Below, in pieces: positions 19,700-29,072 of a DNA stretch of 32,000 nt. The DNA is taken from assembly GCF_001564455.1 (NCBI RefSeq), contig NZ_CP011391.1:780001-812000 (forward strand). The letters run 5' to 3'. Made by a program: the position numbers and the translations under genes. The notes under the pieces are model-generated. The model was not told where the DNA came from, searched no databases, and worked only from the letters and a program-made list of their open reading frames with translations. How positions within the stretch are numbered: the first letter of the stretch is position 1; each line of letters opens with the position of its first letter. The DNA comes from Faecalibaculum rodentium (GTDB lineage Bacteria; Bacillota_I; Bacilli_A; Erysipelotrichales; Erysipelotrichaceae).

Positions 19700-20842
19700 A
19701 TGAAGACAGATACAACTGACTGCCAGCTGACAGGCTGGAAGGATGATCTCCACCGGCATCCGGAACTGGGGCTGGATCTGCCCTGGACCAGCGCCTATAT
19801 CCGGCAGGCCCTGGAGAAAACCGATGCACAGATCCTTGAACCAATGCCGCATGCAGTGGCGGCCTGGTTCGACTTCGGGCGGGAATCCACCCTCATGTTC
19901 CGCGCCGACATGGATGCGCTGCCTGTACAGGAACAGACAGGTGCTCCCTGCACGAGTCTTGTCCCCGGCCGCATGCATGCCTGTGGACATGATGCGCATA
20001 TGAGCATTCTTCTCGGATTTGCCCAAAGTCTTGCAGAGCGGACAGAGTGCGCCTGCAACGTTCTTCTGATTTTCCAGCCTGGTGAAGAGAACCCGGGAGG
20101 CGCGAAGCTGATCTGCGAAACCGGGATCCTGGAACAGTACAGAGTCAAAGCCGCCTTTGGATTCCATGTCTGGCCGAACCTGGAGGCTGGGACTGTGGGT
20201 GTGAGACCCGGTCCGATGATGGCAGCCAGCAGTGAAGTGGATATCACAATTGAAGGCCGCAGCGTGCATGCCGCCAAATACAGGGAAGGGGCCGATGCGC
20301 TGCAGACAGCTGCAGATCTGGTCGGCAGCATTTACCGCAGGGAAGCCGCATTGTCTCCCGATGTGTTTCGACTGCTGCGGTTTGGCCTGCTGCAGGCCGG
20401 AACCATCCGCAATGTGGTGGCCGGCAGCGCCAGACTGGAAGGAACAGTCCGGGCTTTTGAACCGGATGTGTTCCAGGGCCTCAAGGATATGATCCTGTCG
20501 ATGGCCCGAAATGCGCAGGTGCACAGCGGCTGCAGGATCGGCGTTCATTTTTCCGACGGATATCCGGCGGTCCTGAACCATCCGGGTCTCACCGGGAAGC
20601 TGCTGGACTCCATGCCGGATCTCGTCAGGCTGGAAGAACCGGAGATGATCAGCGAGGACTTCTCGTTTTACCAGCAGCGTGTTCCTTCCGTGTTCTTCTT
20701 TCTGGGAACCGGCACGGGTATTCCTCTGCATGATCCGCATTTTGATGTTCCCCCATCGGTGCTGGTGCAGGGAGTATCCTTCTGGAACAGGGTACTGGAT
20801 GTCATGACTCGGAAAGAGAGCGGTTTCAGCAGAGAATTATGA
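19700..20842 (+). CDS. M20D-family amidohydrolase, probable N-acetyldiaminopimelate deacetylase (YkuR-like)
   Basis: Contains HRHPELG, FRADMDALP and MHACGHDAH metal-binding motifs. It is divergent from the dapH-containing operon. RBS AAAGGAAG is present. Confidence 0.75.
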   Translation: MKTDTTDCQLTGWKDDLHRHPELGLDLPWTSAYIRQALEKTDAQILEPMPHAVAAWFDFGRESTLMFRADMDALPVQEQTGAPCTSLVPGRMHACGHDAHMSILLGFAQSLAERTECACNVLLIFQPGEENPGGAKLICETGILEQYRVKAAFGFHVWPNLEAGTVGVRPGPMMAASSEVDITIEGRSVHAAKYREGADALQTAADLVGSIYRREAALSPDVFRLLRFGLLQAGTIRNVVAGSARLEGTVRAFEPDVFQGLKDMILSMARNAQVHSGCRIGVHFSDGYPAVLNHPGLTGKLLDSMPDLVRLEEPEMISEDFSFYQQRVPSVFFFLGTGTGIPLHDPHFDVPPSVLVQGVSFWNRVLDVMTRKESGFSREL

Positions 20843-20885
20843 TAAAATAGGTCAAAGGGTTTTCTAGAAGGGAACGGTATTAAAA

Positions 20886-21659
20886 ATGAAACTGCTGGCA
20901 ACTGACTATGACGGCACCCTCTGTTACGGATACGGAGATGTGATGCCGGAGGATCTTGATGCAATCAGGCGCTGGAAAGAGGCGGGAAATCTGTTTGCTG
21001 TTGTGACCGGACGCAGCGGTCTGTCCATCCATCGGGAACTGGACAAGTACGACCTGAATCCGGATTTCATCATCTGCAACAACGGCGGACTTGTATTCGA
21101 CGGAGACGGACGCCGTCTGTCGGAGAACTATATGGAGACCATCACGGCCATTGACCTGGTATATGCCATGAAAGAGATGGACGATGTGTGCAGCGTCATG
21201 GTCAATGACGGCATGGCGCGTCACAAGATCTGCGTGAATCCGCAGCTGGAAGATCCCAGGTATCCGGGTGTCAAGGCTGACCTTCCGGAAGATGAGGCGC
21301 TGTCTCTGCCGCGCTACTGCCAGATCGTGGTGTCCATGACGGATTCGCAGGCAGCGGAAGACATGGCGGAACAGATCAATCACTTCTTTGGAGATCATCT
21401 GGCAGCCTATCCGAACAACACCTGTGTGGATGTTGTGGCAAAGGGCGTCAACAAAGGCGAAGGTCTGCAGTTTGCCCTTTCCTGGGCGGATGTGGATGAA
21501 GAAGACGTCTATGTGCTGGGAGACTCCTGGAATGACCTGCCCATGATCGAAGCTGTCCCCAACAGTGCAGCCATCGTGACTGCGCCGGAAGCAGTCAAGG
21601 CACAGGCTTCCCGCACCTGCACGGGACTGAGCGAACTGGTCGGCGATCTGCTGGCCTGA
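20886..21659 (+). CDS. Cof-type HAD-IIB family phosphatase
   Basis: Contains MKLLATDYDGTL (DxD motif), VTGRS, and GDSWNDLPM near the C-terminus. Confidence 0.85.
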   Translation: MKLLATDYDGTLCYGYGDVMPEDLDAIRRWKEAGNLFAVVTGRSGLSIHRELDKYDLNPDFIICNNGGLVFDGDGRRLSENYMETITAIDLVYAMKEMDDVCSVMVNDGMARHKICVNPQLEDPRYPGVKADLPEDEALSLPRYCQIVVSMTDSQAAEDMAEQINHFFGDHLAAYPNNTCVDVVAKGVNKGEGLQFALSWADVDEEDVYVLGDSWNDLPMIEAVPNSAAIVTAPEAVKAQASRTCTGLSELVGDLLA

Positions 21660-21708
21660 ACTGTCACGCTGCCTGCAAGGGCAGCATGATTTATGAAGGG
21701 GGACAGAT

Positions 21709-22638
21709 ATGGATTTTTCAATCAATGATGTCTGGATCTGGCTGCAGCTGCTTCTGGACATTCTGGCAGTGAGCACCGTCCTGTATTCAGGTCTGCGCAT
21801 CATCCGCAACAATTCCCGGACCATCCAGATATTCAAGGGGATCCTGGTGGTCATTCTCATTAAGCTGCTTGCCCTGGCGCTGGGACTCCATGCGCTGAAC
21901 TGGCTCATAGACACCTTCCTGAACTGGGGCGTGGTCGCGGTGCTGATTCTCTTTCAGCCGGAAATCCGGAGCATGCTGGAGAAAGTCGGAAAGACAACGG
22001 CCATCTTCTCCCAGAATGTGTCTGTTTCCCAGATTTCCGGCATGGTGGACGAACTTGTGGAATCCTGTTCCGCCATGTCAAGAACAAAGACAGGAGCTCT
22101 GATCACCATTCAGATGACCCAGAGCCTGCAGGATTACATCGAGACCGGCATCACCATGGATGCCGAAGTTTCCAGCGAGCTGCTCGGGACCATTTTCCAG
22201 TACGGCACCCCGATGCATGATGGAGCGGTGATCATTCAGGGCGTGAAAATCGCCTGTGCTGCAGCCTATTTTCCGCCCACCGCCAGGGACCTTCCGACAC
22301 GCTACGGTGCCAGACACCGGGCAGCTGTGGGGATCTCCGAAATCACGGACTCCATCACCATCATCGTATCCGAAGAAACCGGAGCGATTTCCGTCGCCAT
22401 GCGCGGACAGCTGACGCAGTACAGCCCGGATGCACTGCACCGCTTTCTGATGAACAAGCTGGCAGCTCCGGAAGAAGAGGCGGCATTCAGCATGGAGCCT
22501 GTTCTGAATACAGCCCGGAAGGTGGGGTTCAACATTCCCAGGCGGGATCTGCATCAGGAAAAACCCAGGGACGAACGCATCAAGCCGCTTGAAGTGGATG
22601 ATTTGTACAATGCGGGAGGCAAAGACAGACATGAGTGA
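21709..22638 (+). CDS. cdaA: Diadenylate cyclase CdaA (membrane-anchored DAC domain)
   Basis: Three N-terminal TM helices are followed by GALITI...HDGAVII...AAYFP...YGARHRAAVGISE..D...IVSEETG. Confidence 0.92.
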   Translation: MDFSINDVWIWLQLLLDILAVSTVLYSGLRIIRNNSRTIQIFKGILVVILIKLLALALGLHALNWLIDTFLNWGVVAVLILFQPEIRSMLEKVGKTTAIFSQNVSVSQISGMVDELVESCSAMSRTKTGALITIQMTQSLQDYIETGITMDAEVSSELLGTIFQYGTPMHDGAVIIQGVKIACAAAYFPPTARDLPTRYGARHRAAVGISEITDSITIIVSEETGAISVAMRGQLTQYSPDALHRFLMNKLAAPEEEAAFSMEPVLNTARKVGFNIPRRDLHQEKPRDERIKPLEVDDLYNAGGKDRHE

Positions 22639-23413
22639 CAAAAAACGGGTCTCCCGGTCCATGCGCTGGCTGCGGCGGTTCTGCAAGACAGCTGTGAACT
22701 GGGTCAGCAAGCTCTTTGACCAGATTGTCTACAACAAAAGGGCCAGTCTGGCGGTGAGCGTGATGGCGGCTGTGGCCATCTGCATTTCGGTGAATTTCGA
22801 AGATCTGTCAGCCATGTTCGTCAACGGCAGCCAGACAACACTGAATGTTTCGGGCATTCCGGTCGAGGTCCGGATCGATGAAGAACAATACAAGGTGGAA
22901 GGTCTTCCCAACACGGCCGATCTGACCGTCACGGGAACACCGGCCGATATCCAGGTGTTCCGCTCACAGCAGTCCAACGTGACCGTGACCGCCAACCTGA
23001 CAAGTTTCGGGCCAGGCCGCAATGAAGTCCCGCTGACTGTTTCCGGAGTTCCGGATTCGCTGTCAGTCACGGTCAATCCGGAGTCGTGCTCCATCAATAT
23101 CATCCAGAAACAGACACGAACCTTCGACATCAAGCCTGAGCTGCTGCTGGGCAGCGGACAGAAGGCGTCGGATTTCCAGACACCGGTCCTGGATCAGACG
23201 AAAGTGAGGATCACCGCTTCTCCCAATGAACTCAATGCCATCCGGACAGTCAAGGCGCTGGTGGATGCATCCGGGCAAAGCGGAGACTTTACGGTTTCAG
23301 CCGTGATTGCGGCATACAATGCAAATGGAGATAAAATCACAGTCACAATGCAGCCGCAGACAGTGACTGCCACGGTGAAGGCTGCGCAGAAGGAGGAGAA
23401 TCCCAATGGGTAA
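22631..23413 (+). CDS. cdaR: CdaA regulatory protein CdaR (YbbR-domain protein)
   Basis: It has an N-terminal TM anchor followed by repeated beta-rich YbbR-like modules (..VPVEVRIDE.., ..VTANLTSF..). Position between cdaA and glmM is conserved. The ATG at 22631 follows GGGAGG and overlaps the cdaA stop. Confidence 0.8.
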   Translation: MSDKKRVSRSMRWLRRFCKTAVNWVSKLFDQIVYNKRASLAVSVMAAVAICISVNFEDLSAMFVNGSQTTLNVSGIPVEVRIDEEQYKVEGLPNTADLTVTGTPADIQVFRSQQSNVTVTANLTSFGPGRNEVPLTVSGVPDSLSVTVNPESCSINIIQKQTRTFDIKPELLLGSGQKASDFQTPVLDQTKVRITASPNELNAIRTVKALVDASGQSGDFTVSAVIAAYNANGDKITVTMQPQTVTATVKAAQKEENPNG

Positions 23414-24743
23414 ATATTTTGGAACGGATGGCGTCCGCGGTGTCGCCAATGAGGACCTGACGCTGGACATGGCTGTCCGCATCGGCCAGTATCTGGGCTG
23501 GTATTATGGACAGCAGAGAAACCATGCAAGGATCCTGATCGGCAAAGACACAAGACTGTCCGGGGATATGTTTGAGCTCGGGCTTGCAGCAGGGGCTGTC
23601 AGCACCGGCGCCGAGGTGAAGCTTCTGGGCGTCTGTCCGACTCCGGCAGTTTCCTTTCTGGTCAACAGGTCGGATTTTGACTGCGGGATCATGGTATCTG
23701 CCAGTCACAATCCCTATACCGACAATGGCATCAAGATCTTCAATCACGAAGGAAAGAAGATGGAAGAAGAACTGCTTCTGTCCATCGAAGCCTATATGGA
23801 TGGACTGACGGAAATTCCTGTGGCTCACGGTGAAGCAGTTGGAACCTTCCAGTGCTGGCCCGAAGGCCTTGACCTCTACATCCGCTGGCTGGAATCCGTG
23901 GTGGATGAAGATCTCACGGGCATGAAGATTGCGGTGGACCTGGCCAACGGATCGGCCACCAGCACCGCCGTTCGCACCCTGCAGGATCTGGGGGCGGAAG
24001 TTCTGGCCATAGGGGATGAGCCAAACGGCATCAACATCAATCTGCACTGCGGCAGCACACATCCGGAAGCCCTGCAGGCGTTTGTCCGCGAAAACGGATG
24101 CGACCTGGGTCTGGCGTTTGACGGAGATGCCGACCGTCTCATTGCGGTCAACAGCGATGGGGAACTCGTGAACGGCGACTATATACTCTACATTGTCGGC
24201 CGGGATATGAAGGAGCAGGGAAAGCTCAGGGGCAACATGGTGGTGACCACCGTGATGGCCAACCTGGGTCTGTACAAAGGTCTGGAAGCCTCGGGAATCG
24301 ATTACATTCAGACGCCGGTGGGTGACAAATATGTATTCGAGGAGATGGAGAAAAACGGGTACCTGATCGGCGGCGAACAGTCAGGCCACATTATTTTCTA
24401 TGAAAACATGGTGACCGGCGATGGACTGCTGACGGCGCTGAAGCTTCTGGAGACACTTAGACGTACGGGAAAGACGGTCCAGGAGCTTTCAGATGGACTG
24501 TTCATCTATCCCCAGGAACTGGTGAATGTCCGCGTCCGGGACAAAAATGCGGTCATGGAGGACGAGGGGCTCCGGGAGGTGATTGCCCGGGCGGAAGCTG
24601 CACTGCAGGGAAATGGCCGGATCCTGGTCCGTCCCTCGGGAACCGAACCGCTGGTCCGCGTGATGGCAGAAGCCGCAACGGATGATATCTGCCGTGACTG
24701 TGTGAAGACGGTGACGGATTATCTGGAAGAAAACGGGTTTTAG
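23406..24743 (+). CDS. glmM: Phosphoglucosamine mutase
   Basis: Contains MGKYFGTDGVRG and the active-site SASHNPYTDNGIKIF, plus GDGDADR and GEQSGH. Confidence 0.95.
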   Translation: MGKYFGTDGVRGVANEDLTLDMAVRIGQYLGWYYGQQRNHARILIGKDTRLSGDMFELGLAAGAVSTGAEVKLLGVCPTPAVSFLVNRSDFDCGIMVSASHNPYTDNGIKIFNHEGKKMEEELLLSIEAYMDGLTEIPVAHGEAVGTFQCWPEGLDLYIRWLESVVDEDLTGMKIAVDLANGSATSTAVRTLQDLGAEVLAIGDEPNGININLHCGSTHPEALQAFVRENGCDLGLAFDGDADRLIAVNSDGELVNGDYILYIVGRDMKEQGKLRGNMVVTTVMANLGLYKGLEASGIDYIQTPVGDKYVFEEMEKNGYLIGGEQSGHIIFYENMVTGDGLLTALKLLETLRRTGKTVQELSDGLFIYPQELVNVRVRDKNAVMEDEGLREVIARAEAALQGNGRILVRPSGTEPLVRVMAEAATDDICRDCVKTVTDYLEENGF

Positions 24744-24761
24744 CGCAAAGGAGGCACCTGC

Positions 24762-25421
24762 ATGAAGCGAGTGATCAGCATCGTAGAGGATGAAAAGGAC
24801 ATCAACAACCTGGTGGCGCAATACCTGCGCAAGGAGGGATATGAAGTCCATTCCTACTATACTTATGAAGAAGCCAGCGCCCATGCCGGAGATGACGACG
24901 TGCATCTGTGGATCCTGGACATCATGCTGGATGACAAGAGCGGATTTGACCTCATAGAGGAAATCAGGCTCCGGGATCCCGACACGCCGGTGATTTTCAT
25001 GTCTGCCAGAGACAAGGAATTTGACCGGATCATAGGCCTGGAAAAAGGCTCGGATGACTACATCACCAAGCCGTTCTCCCCCAAGGAACTGGTTCTGCGT
25101 GTCAACAACATCATCAAGCGGGCCTACAAGGACAACAGCAACCGGATTGCGGTGGATGGATATGAGCTGGATGAAGTTCAGCGGAAGATTTATGCCGACA
25201 ATGTGGAAATCGAGCTGACGACCAAGGAGTTCGATCTGCTGATGATGTTCATCAAAAACAAGGGGATCGCATTTTCCAGGGACAAGATCCTGGAAAATGT
25301 CTGGGATGAGAACTATTTCGGTTCCGACCGGGTGGTGGATGACACCCTGCGGCGGCTGCGGAAGAAGCTTCCCAACCTGAATATCCATACGATTTACGGG
25401 TACGGATACCGGCTGGGATGA
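24762..25421 (+). CDS. OmpR/PhoB-family response regulator
   Basis: The receiver has VEDE, LWILDIMLDD and ITKPF. The winged-helix output has LTTKEFDLLMMF..., VDDTLRRLRKKL and TIYGYGYRL. Confidence 0.9.
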   Translation: MKRVISIVEDEKDINNLVAQYLRKEGYEVHSYYTYEEASAHAGDDDVHLWILDIMLDDKSGFDLIEEIRLRDPDTPVIFMSARDKEFDRIIGLEKGSDDYITKPFSPKELVLRVNNIIKRAYKDNSNRIAVDGYELDEVQRKIYADNVEIELTTKEFDLLMMFIKNKGIAFSRDKILENVWDENYFGSDRVVDDTLRRLRKKLPNLNIHTIYGYGYRLG

Positions 25422-26824
25422 AAGGGCAGAAAGGTCCCTGGTTCACCAGGATGTCCCTCACGCAGCAGGTTTTCAGCATGATCGTGATCATGCTGATTTT
25501 TCTGTCTGCCTTCTTCGCGTTTTTCATCTCGGATTCCATCGACAGGACCATCACGGACCTGATGTACACCATGATGGCCAGCGACCAGAAACCCATTGCA
25601 ACGGTTCTCACAAGAGATACAGACACAGAGGACCGGGAATACCTGAGTGCCTACCTGCAGGCGGATGAGACTCAGACGAGCTTCCTTGTGCAGGATGGAA
25701 AAATCATCATGGCAAGCCGGATGCCGGAGCAGGAATCCGGGATCCAGGAACACCTTCTGACACAGGCAGACAGTCTCTTCGAGGCTGTGCCGGAGGAAGT
25801 GAGAAGCGGCATGTATCAGGAGGATGGCCGCACATATTATTACCGGATGGAAAAACTGCCGGGTGCAGCCGGTCCCATGATCCTGGTCACGTACATGAAT
25901 GACCTGTATGCCAGCCAGTTCAGGGAATCGCTGATCAATTCCACGGTCTATGTCATCATCATCGTGTTTTTTCTGATGCTCATGGCCACGCTGATCTGGG
26001 TGTTCTCCATCATCCGGCCGCTGAACCAGATTCGAAGCTACATCAGTCAGATCAAGCAGGGCAAGGACGTGGATCTTTACATCAACCGCGGGGATGAAAT
26101 CGGGGATCTGGCAGATGAGCTCGTGACGATGAAGGATGAGCTTTCCCGCCAGGACAAGGCCAAGGAGGAAATGATCCACAATATCTCACACGATCTCAAG
26201 ACACCGATTGCGACCATCAAGTCCTATTCCGAATCCATCAAGGACGGGATCTATCCCTATGGAGACCTGGACTCCAGTGTGGATGTGATCCTGCACAATG
26301 CGCAGCGGCTTGAGGAAAAAGTCCACAACCTGCTGTACCTGAACCGTGTTGAATACCTGGTCAGCAGTGATGCGAGCGGGGTGGTCACGAATATGAAGGA
26401 TGTGGTCGAACAGGTGGTGCTGAACTCTGCCGTGATCCGACCGGAGATTGAAATCATCACCGATGTGGAAGAGGTGTTTTTCGACGGACTCATCGAGGCC
26501 TGGCGTGTATCGATTGAAAACATCATGGAGAATGCATTCCGGTATGCGAAAACCTACATCAAAATACAAGTCAGGGAAAACGATCTGCGCATCTCCAATG
26601 ATGGTCCCAAGATGCCGGAAGACAGAATCGATACCCTGTTCCGCCCGTATGAAAAAGGCGAAGGCGGCAGATTCGGTCTGGGGCTGTCCATCGTATCCAA
26701 GGTCACAAAAGCGAACAACTACCTTGTGCAGGGATACAACCTGGATGACGGCGTATGCTTCAGGATCTACAGACCTGTAATGGAAGAGCAGGGAAAAGCG
26801 AAGAGAAGGAGTCAGTGGAAATGA
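25418..26824 (+). CDS. Sensor histidine kinase (2 TM, about 130-aa extracytoplasmic domain, HAMP, HisKA, HATPase_c)
   Basis: H-box HNISHDLKTPIATI, N-box ENAFRYA and G-box GLGLSIV are present. TM segments lie near aa 20-40 and 170-195. It overlaps the RR stop by ATGA. Confidence 0.9.
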   Translation: MKGQKGPWFTRMSLTQQVFSMIVIMLIFLSAFFAFFISDSIDRTITDLMYTMMASDQKPIATVLTRDTDTEDREYLSAYLQADETQTSFLVQDGKIIMASRMPEQESGIQEHLLTQADSLFEAVPEEVRSGMYQEDGRTYYYRMEKLPGAAGPMILVTYMNDLYASQFRESLINSTVYVIIIVFFLMLMATLIWVFSIIRPLNQIRSYISQIKQGKDVDLYINRGDEIGDLADELVTMKDELSRQDKAKEEMIHNISHDLKTPIATIKSYSESIKDGIYPYGDLDSSVDVILHNAQRLEEKVHNLLYLNRVEYLVSSDASGVVTNMKDVVEQVVLNSAVIRPEIEIITDVEEVFFDGLIEAWRVSIENIMENAFRYAKTYIKIQVRENDLRISNDGPKMPEDRIDTLFRPYEKGEGGRFGLGLSIVSKVTKANNYLVQGYNLDDGVCFRIYRPVMEEQGKAKRRSQWK

Positions 26825-27831
26825 GAGTTGGAACCATAGGCACAAGTGTCATCACGGAACGGATGATCTCGGCTCTGCAACAGGCGGGGCATCCCGTTGT
26901 GGCAGTCTGTTCCCGATCAGCGGCAAAGGGCCGGGAGTTTGCGGACCGGCATGGGGTAAAAAAAGCCTATTCGGATCTGGAATCCATGCTGCAGGATCCG
27001 GACATTGACACAATCTATGTGGCGAGTCCCAACTCCCTGCATTACGGACAGGCCAGGCGGGCTTTAAAGACAGGTCACGATGTGATCTGCGAAAAGCCGT
27101 TCACTTCCACCCGGGAGCAGGCAGTCGACTTGTTTGAAACGGCGGAAAAACACGGGAGGCGGATCTTTGAAGCCATCACGACGCTCTACACACCCAATTA
27201 CAGACTGCTGAAAGCGAATCTGGAAAAGATCGGGCAGCCAAGGGTGATCAACTGCAGCTTTTCCCAGTACTCTTCCCGGTATCAGTCGTATCTGGATGGT
27301 CAGGTGACGAATGTATTTGATCCGGCGTATGACGGAGGAGCTCTTCGGGATCTGGGTGTGTACAACCTGCATTTTGTGACCGGACTCTATGGTATGCCGG
27401 ACACAATGCAGATGGTCACGCAGCGGGGATACAATGGCGTCGACCTGGATGGTACGGTGATCCTTGGATGGCAGGACAAACATGCTGTCCTGACACAGGC
27501 CAAAAACTGCAGTGCACCCAACTGTGTCCTCGTGGAAGGCGAGAAAGGCACGCTGATGGTTCAGTCCAGCCCTGGTCGTGTACAGAACCTGCGGTTTGTC
27601 CCTTTGAAGGGAGACATGATCGGGAAAACAGAGGAAGATCTGTCTGCGGATATCGGCATCATCCAGGATGAAAATCACATGGTCTATGAAGTCATGGAAT
27701 TTGCCAGGATCATGGAGGAAAACGATGAATCCGCCTATCGGGAAGCAATGGCGCAGACGCTTCGGGTGATGGATATCCTGGATACACTGGATCCCCGGCC
27801 AGGAGCGGAAGTCTGCCGGCAGACTGCCTGA
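26821..27831 (+). CDS. Gfo/Idh/MocA-family NAD(P)-dependent oxidoreductase
   Basis: Contains MRVGTIGTSVITERM (Rossmann), ..VICEKPF.. and a typical C-terminal alpha/beta domain. The ATG overlaps the kinase stop (AAATGAGA). Confidence 0.85.
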   Translation: MRVGTIGTSVITERMISALQQAGHPVVAVCSRSAAKGREFADRHGVKKAYSDLESMLQDPDIDTIYVASPNSLHYGQARRALKTGHDVICEKPFTSTREQAVDLFETAEKHGRRIFEAITTLYTPNYRLLKANLEKIGQPRVINCSFSQYSSRYQSYLDGQVTNVFDPAYDGGALRDLGVYNLHFVTGLYGMPDTMQMVTQRGYNGVDLDGTVILGWQDKHAVLTQAKNCSAPNCVLVEGEKGTLMVQSSPGRVQNLRFVPLKGDMIGKTEEDLSADIGIIQDENHMVYEVMEFARIMEENDESAYREAMAQTLRVMDILDTLDPRPGAEVCRQTA

Positions 27832-27839
27832 TACTTCAG

Positions 27840-27891
27840 AAAAAGCTGCAGCCTGCTGCACGATCCATGTGCGGCAAAGCTGCAGCTTTTT
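27840..27891. terminator. Bidirectional rho-independent terminator (oxidoreductase on + / yaaA on -)
   Basis: AAAAAGCTGCAG ... CTGCAGCTTTTT forms 12-bp arms, with an inner GCAC/GTGC stem. Confidence 0.85.
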
Positions 27892-27930
27892 GTCTGTACC
27901 AGCGGCTGTCTGTGGCAGCGGCTGTCTGTA

Positions 27931-28704
27931 TCAGCGGTCCACCGGCACAAGACCGGCTGTGGCATCCGGTTCTTCGGGCTCCTCGGAATATACAAATACC
28001 AGGGAATCCGGACTGCTCAACGAGGCATCATACCGGTACCCAAGTTCGCTGAATCCCTGCAGCTGCGCGGAAGTCTGGACATTGCCCGCGGCCATCCACC
28101 GGACCATGGCGCCTCTGGCCATTTTGGCATACACTGCCGTCTCCTGGAGCTTTCCGTTTTTTGGCCGCAGAAAGTGAACATCTGTCACGGGGCGGAACTG
28201 GCGGACCGCCCGGGAATATTCCGCACTGGCCAGATTGATTACTTCCTCGGACTCAGGCAGGAGTTCCTTCAGCGGTTCCTTCCATGTCCTGTAGAGATTG
28301 AACGGTCCTTTTGTCCCCATCTCCAGACGATAGGGTGTGATCCCATCCATCGGGGAAAGGGCTCCATACAGCCCGGAGAGTATCAGCAGGTGGCGGTTGA
28401 TATACGCAAGCATGTCATCTGTGAAGACCCCGGGAGCCATATACCGGTAGGCAATGCCGGAAAACATGACAATGGCGGGATACCGTTCCGTTTCTCTTCC
28501 TTCTTTCAGCGCCTGGTAATGGTCGTACATGGGCCGGGTCACGTTGTCAGATACCTTGTAAAGTGCCTTGAGTTCCTCATAGGACAGAGACTGCAGCTCT
28601 TCCAGCAGCGTCTGTGCCTGTGACTCAAACCGGGGTGTGGTCATGGCAAGTCCGTGGGTATCATCCTGAATGAGTTTTTTGGCCGGTGACAGGAGGATCT
28701 TCAT
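27931..28704 (-). CDS. yaaA: YaaA-family peroxide-stress protein (DUF328/UPF0246)
   Basis: Contains MKILLSPAKKL.., ..LSGLYG.L.P.D.I.PYRLEMG.. and ..INLAS.EY.., colinear with E. coli YaaA. Confidence 0.88.
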   Translation of the reverse strand: MKILLSPAKKLIQDDTHGLAMTTPRFESQAQTLLEELQSLSYEELKALYKVSDNVTRPMYDHYQALKEGRETERYPAIVMFSGIAYRYMAPGVFTDDMLAYINRHLLILSGLYGALSPMDGITPYRLEMGTKGPFNLYRTWKEPLKELLPESEEVINLASAEYSRAVRQFRPVTDVHFLRPKNGKLQETAVYAKMARGAMVRWMAAGNVQTSAQLQGFSELGYRYDASLSSPDSLVFVYSEEPEEPDATAGLVPVDR

Positions 28705-29072
28705 TTGTCGCCCTCCTGCAGGTGCTCGCAGGTCACACAGAGGATGCTGGCGACATGATCATCGTCCAGGGAATACAGCAGGGTTTTTCCATCCCGTTCG
28801 CTTCTGACCAGATGCGCATCTTTCAGCGCCTTGAGCTGATGAGAGACGGCACTGCGCGACATTTGAACCACATTGGCCAGATCTGTGGCACAAAGAGGCC
28901 CGGATTCCAGTGCCGTCAAAAGGCGGAGGCGCGTCGGGTCGGCCATGACTTTGTAAAATGCAGCCAGGCCTACAATGTCATCCTGACAGGGCATGTGGTT
29001 CAGGGCCCGGGACACGGCCTGGGTGTCCTGTATTTCATATGGGAAGAGATCGGGGCTTTGTGTGTTTTTCAT
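28701..29072 (-). CDS. ArsR/SmtB-family metalloregulator with an alpha5-type metal site
   Basis: The wHTH is MADPTRLRLLTAL...CATDLANVV.MSRSAVSHQLKALKDAHLV. The C-terminal LDDDHVASILCVTCEHLQE gives D-x-H-x10-H-x2-E, as in SmtB alpha5. The start was set at ATG 29072 (MKNTQSP) because TGTTATAAT lies inside the longer tracked ORF. The stop overlaps the yaaA start by ATGA. Confidence 0.8.
   Translation of the reverse strand: MKNTQSPDLFPYEIQDTQAVSRALNHMPCQDDIVGLAAFYKVMADPTRLRLLTALESGPLCATDLANVVQMSRSAVSHQLKALKDAHLVRSERDGKTLLYSLDDDHVASILCVTCEHLQEGDK

Noticed and set aside
19649-21914. 363-aa and 344-aa minus-strand ORFs opposite the M20 amidohydrolase and HAD phosphatase genes
   Set aside because: The sense-strand proteins carry strong family motifs (HACGHDAH; DYDGTL...GDSWND). 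The antisense translations are compositionally skewed, and the first runs across the L-box promoter region.
22078-27861. Minus-strand ORFs of 210-299 aa opposite cdaA, glmM, the response regulator, the kinase and the oxidoreductase. The same applies to the 274-aa ORF at 10136-10960 opposite the ROK gene.
   Set aside because: The reasoning is the same: they are antisense to genes with clear signatures and have biased composition.
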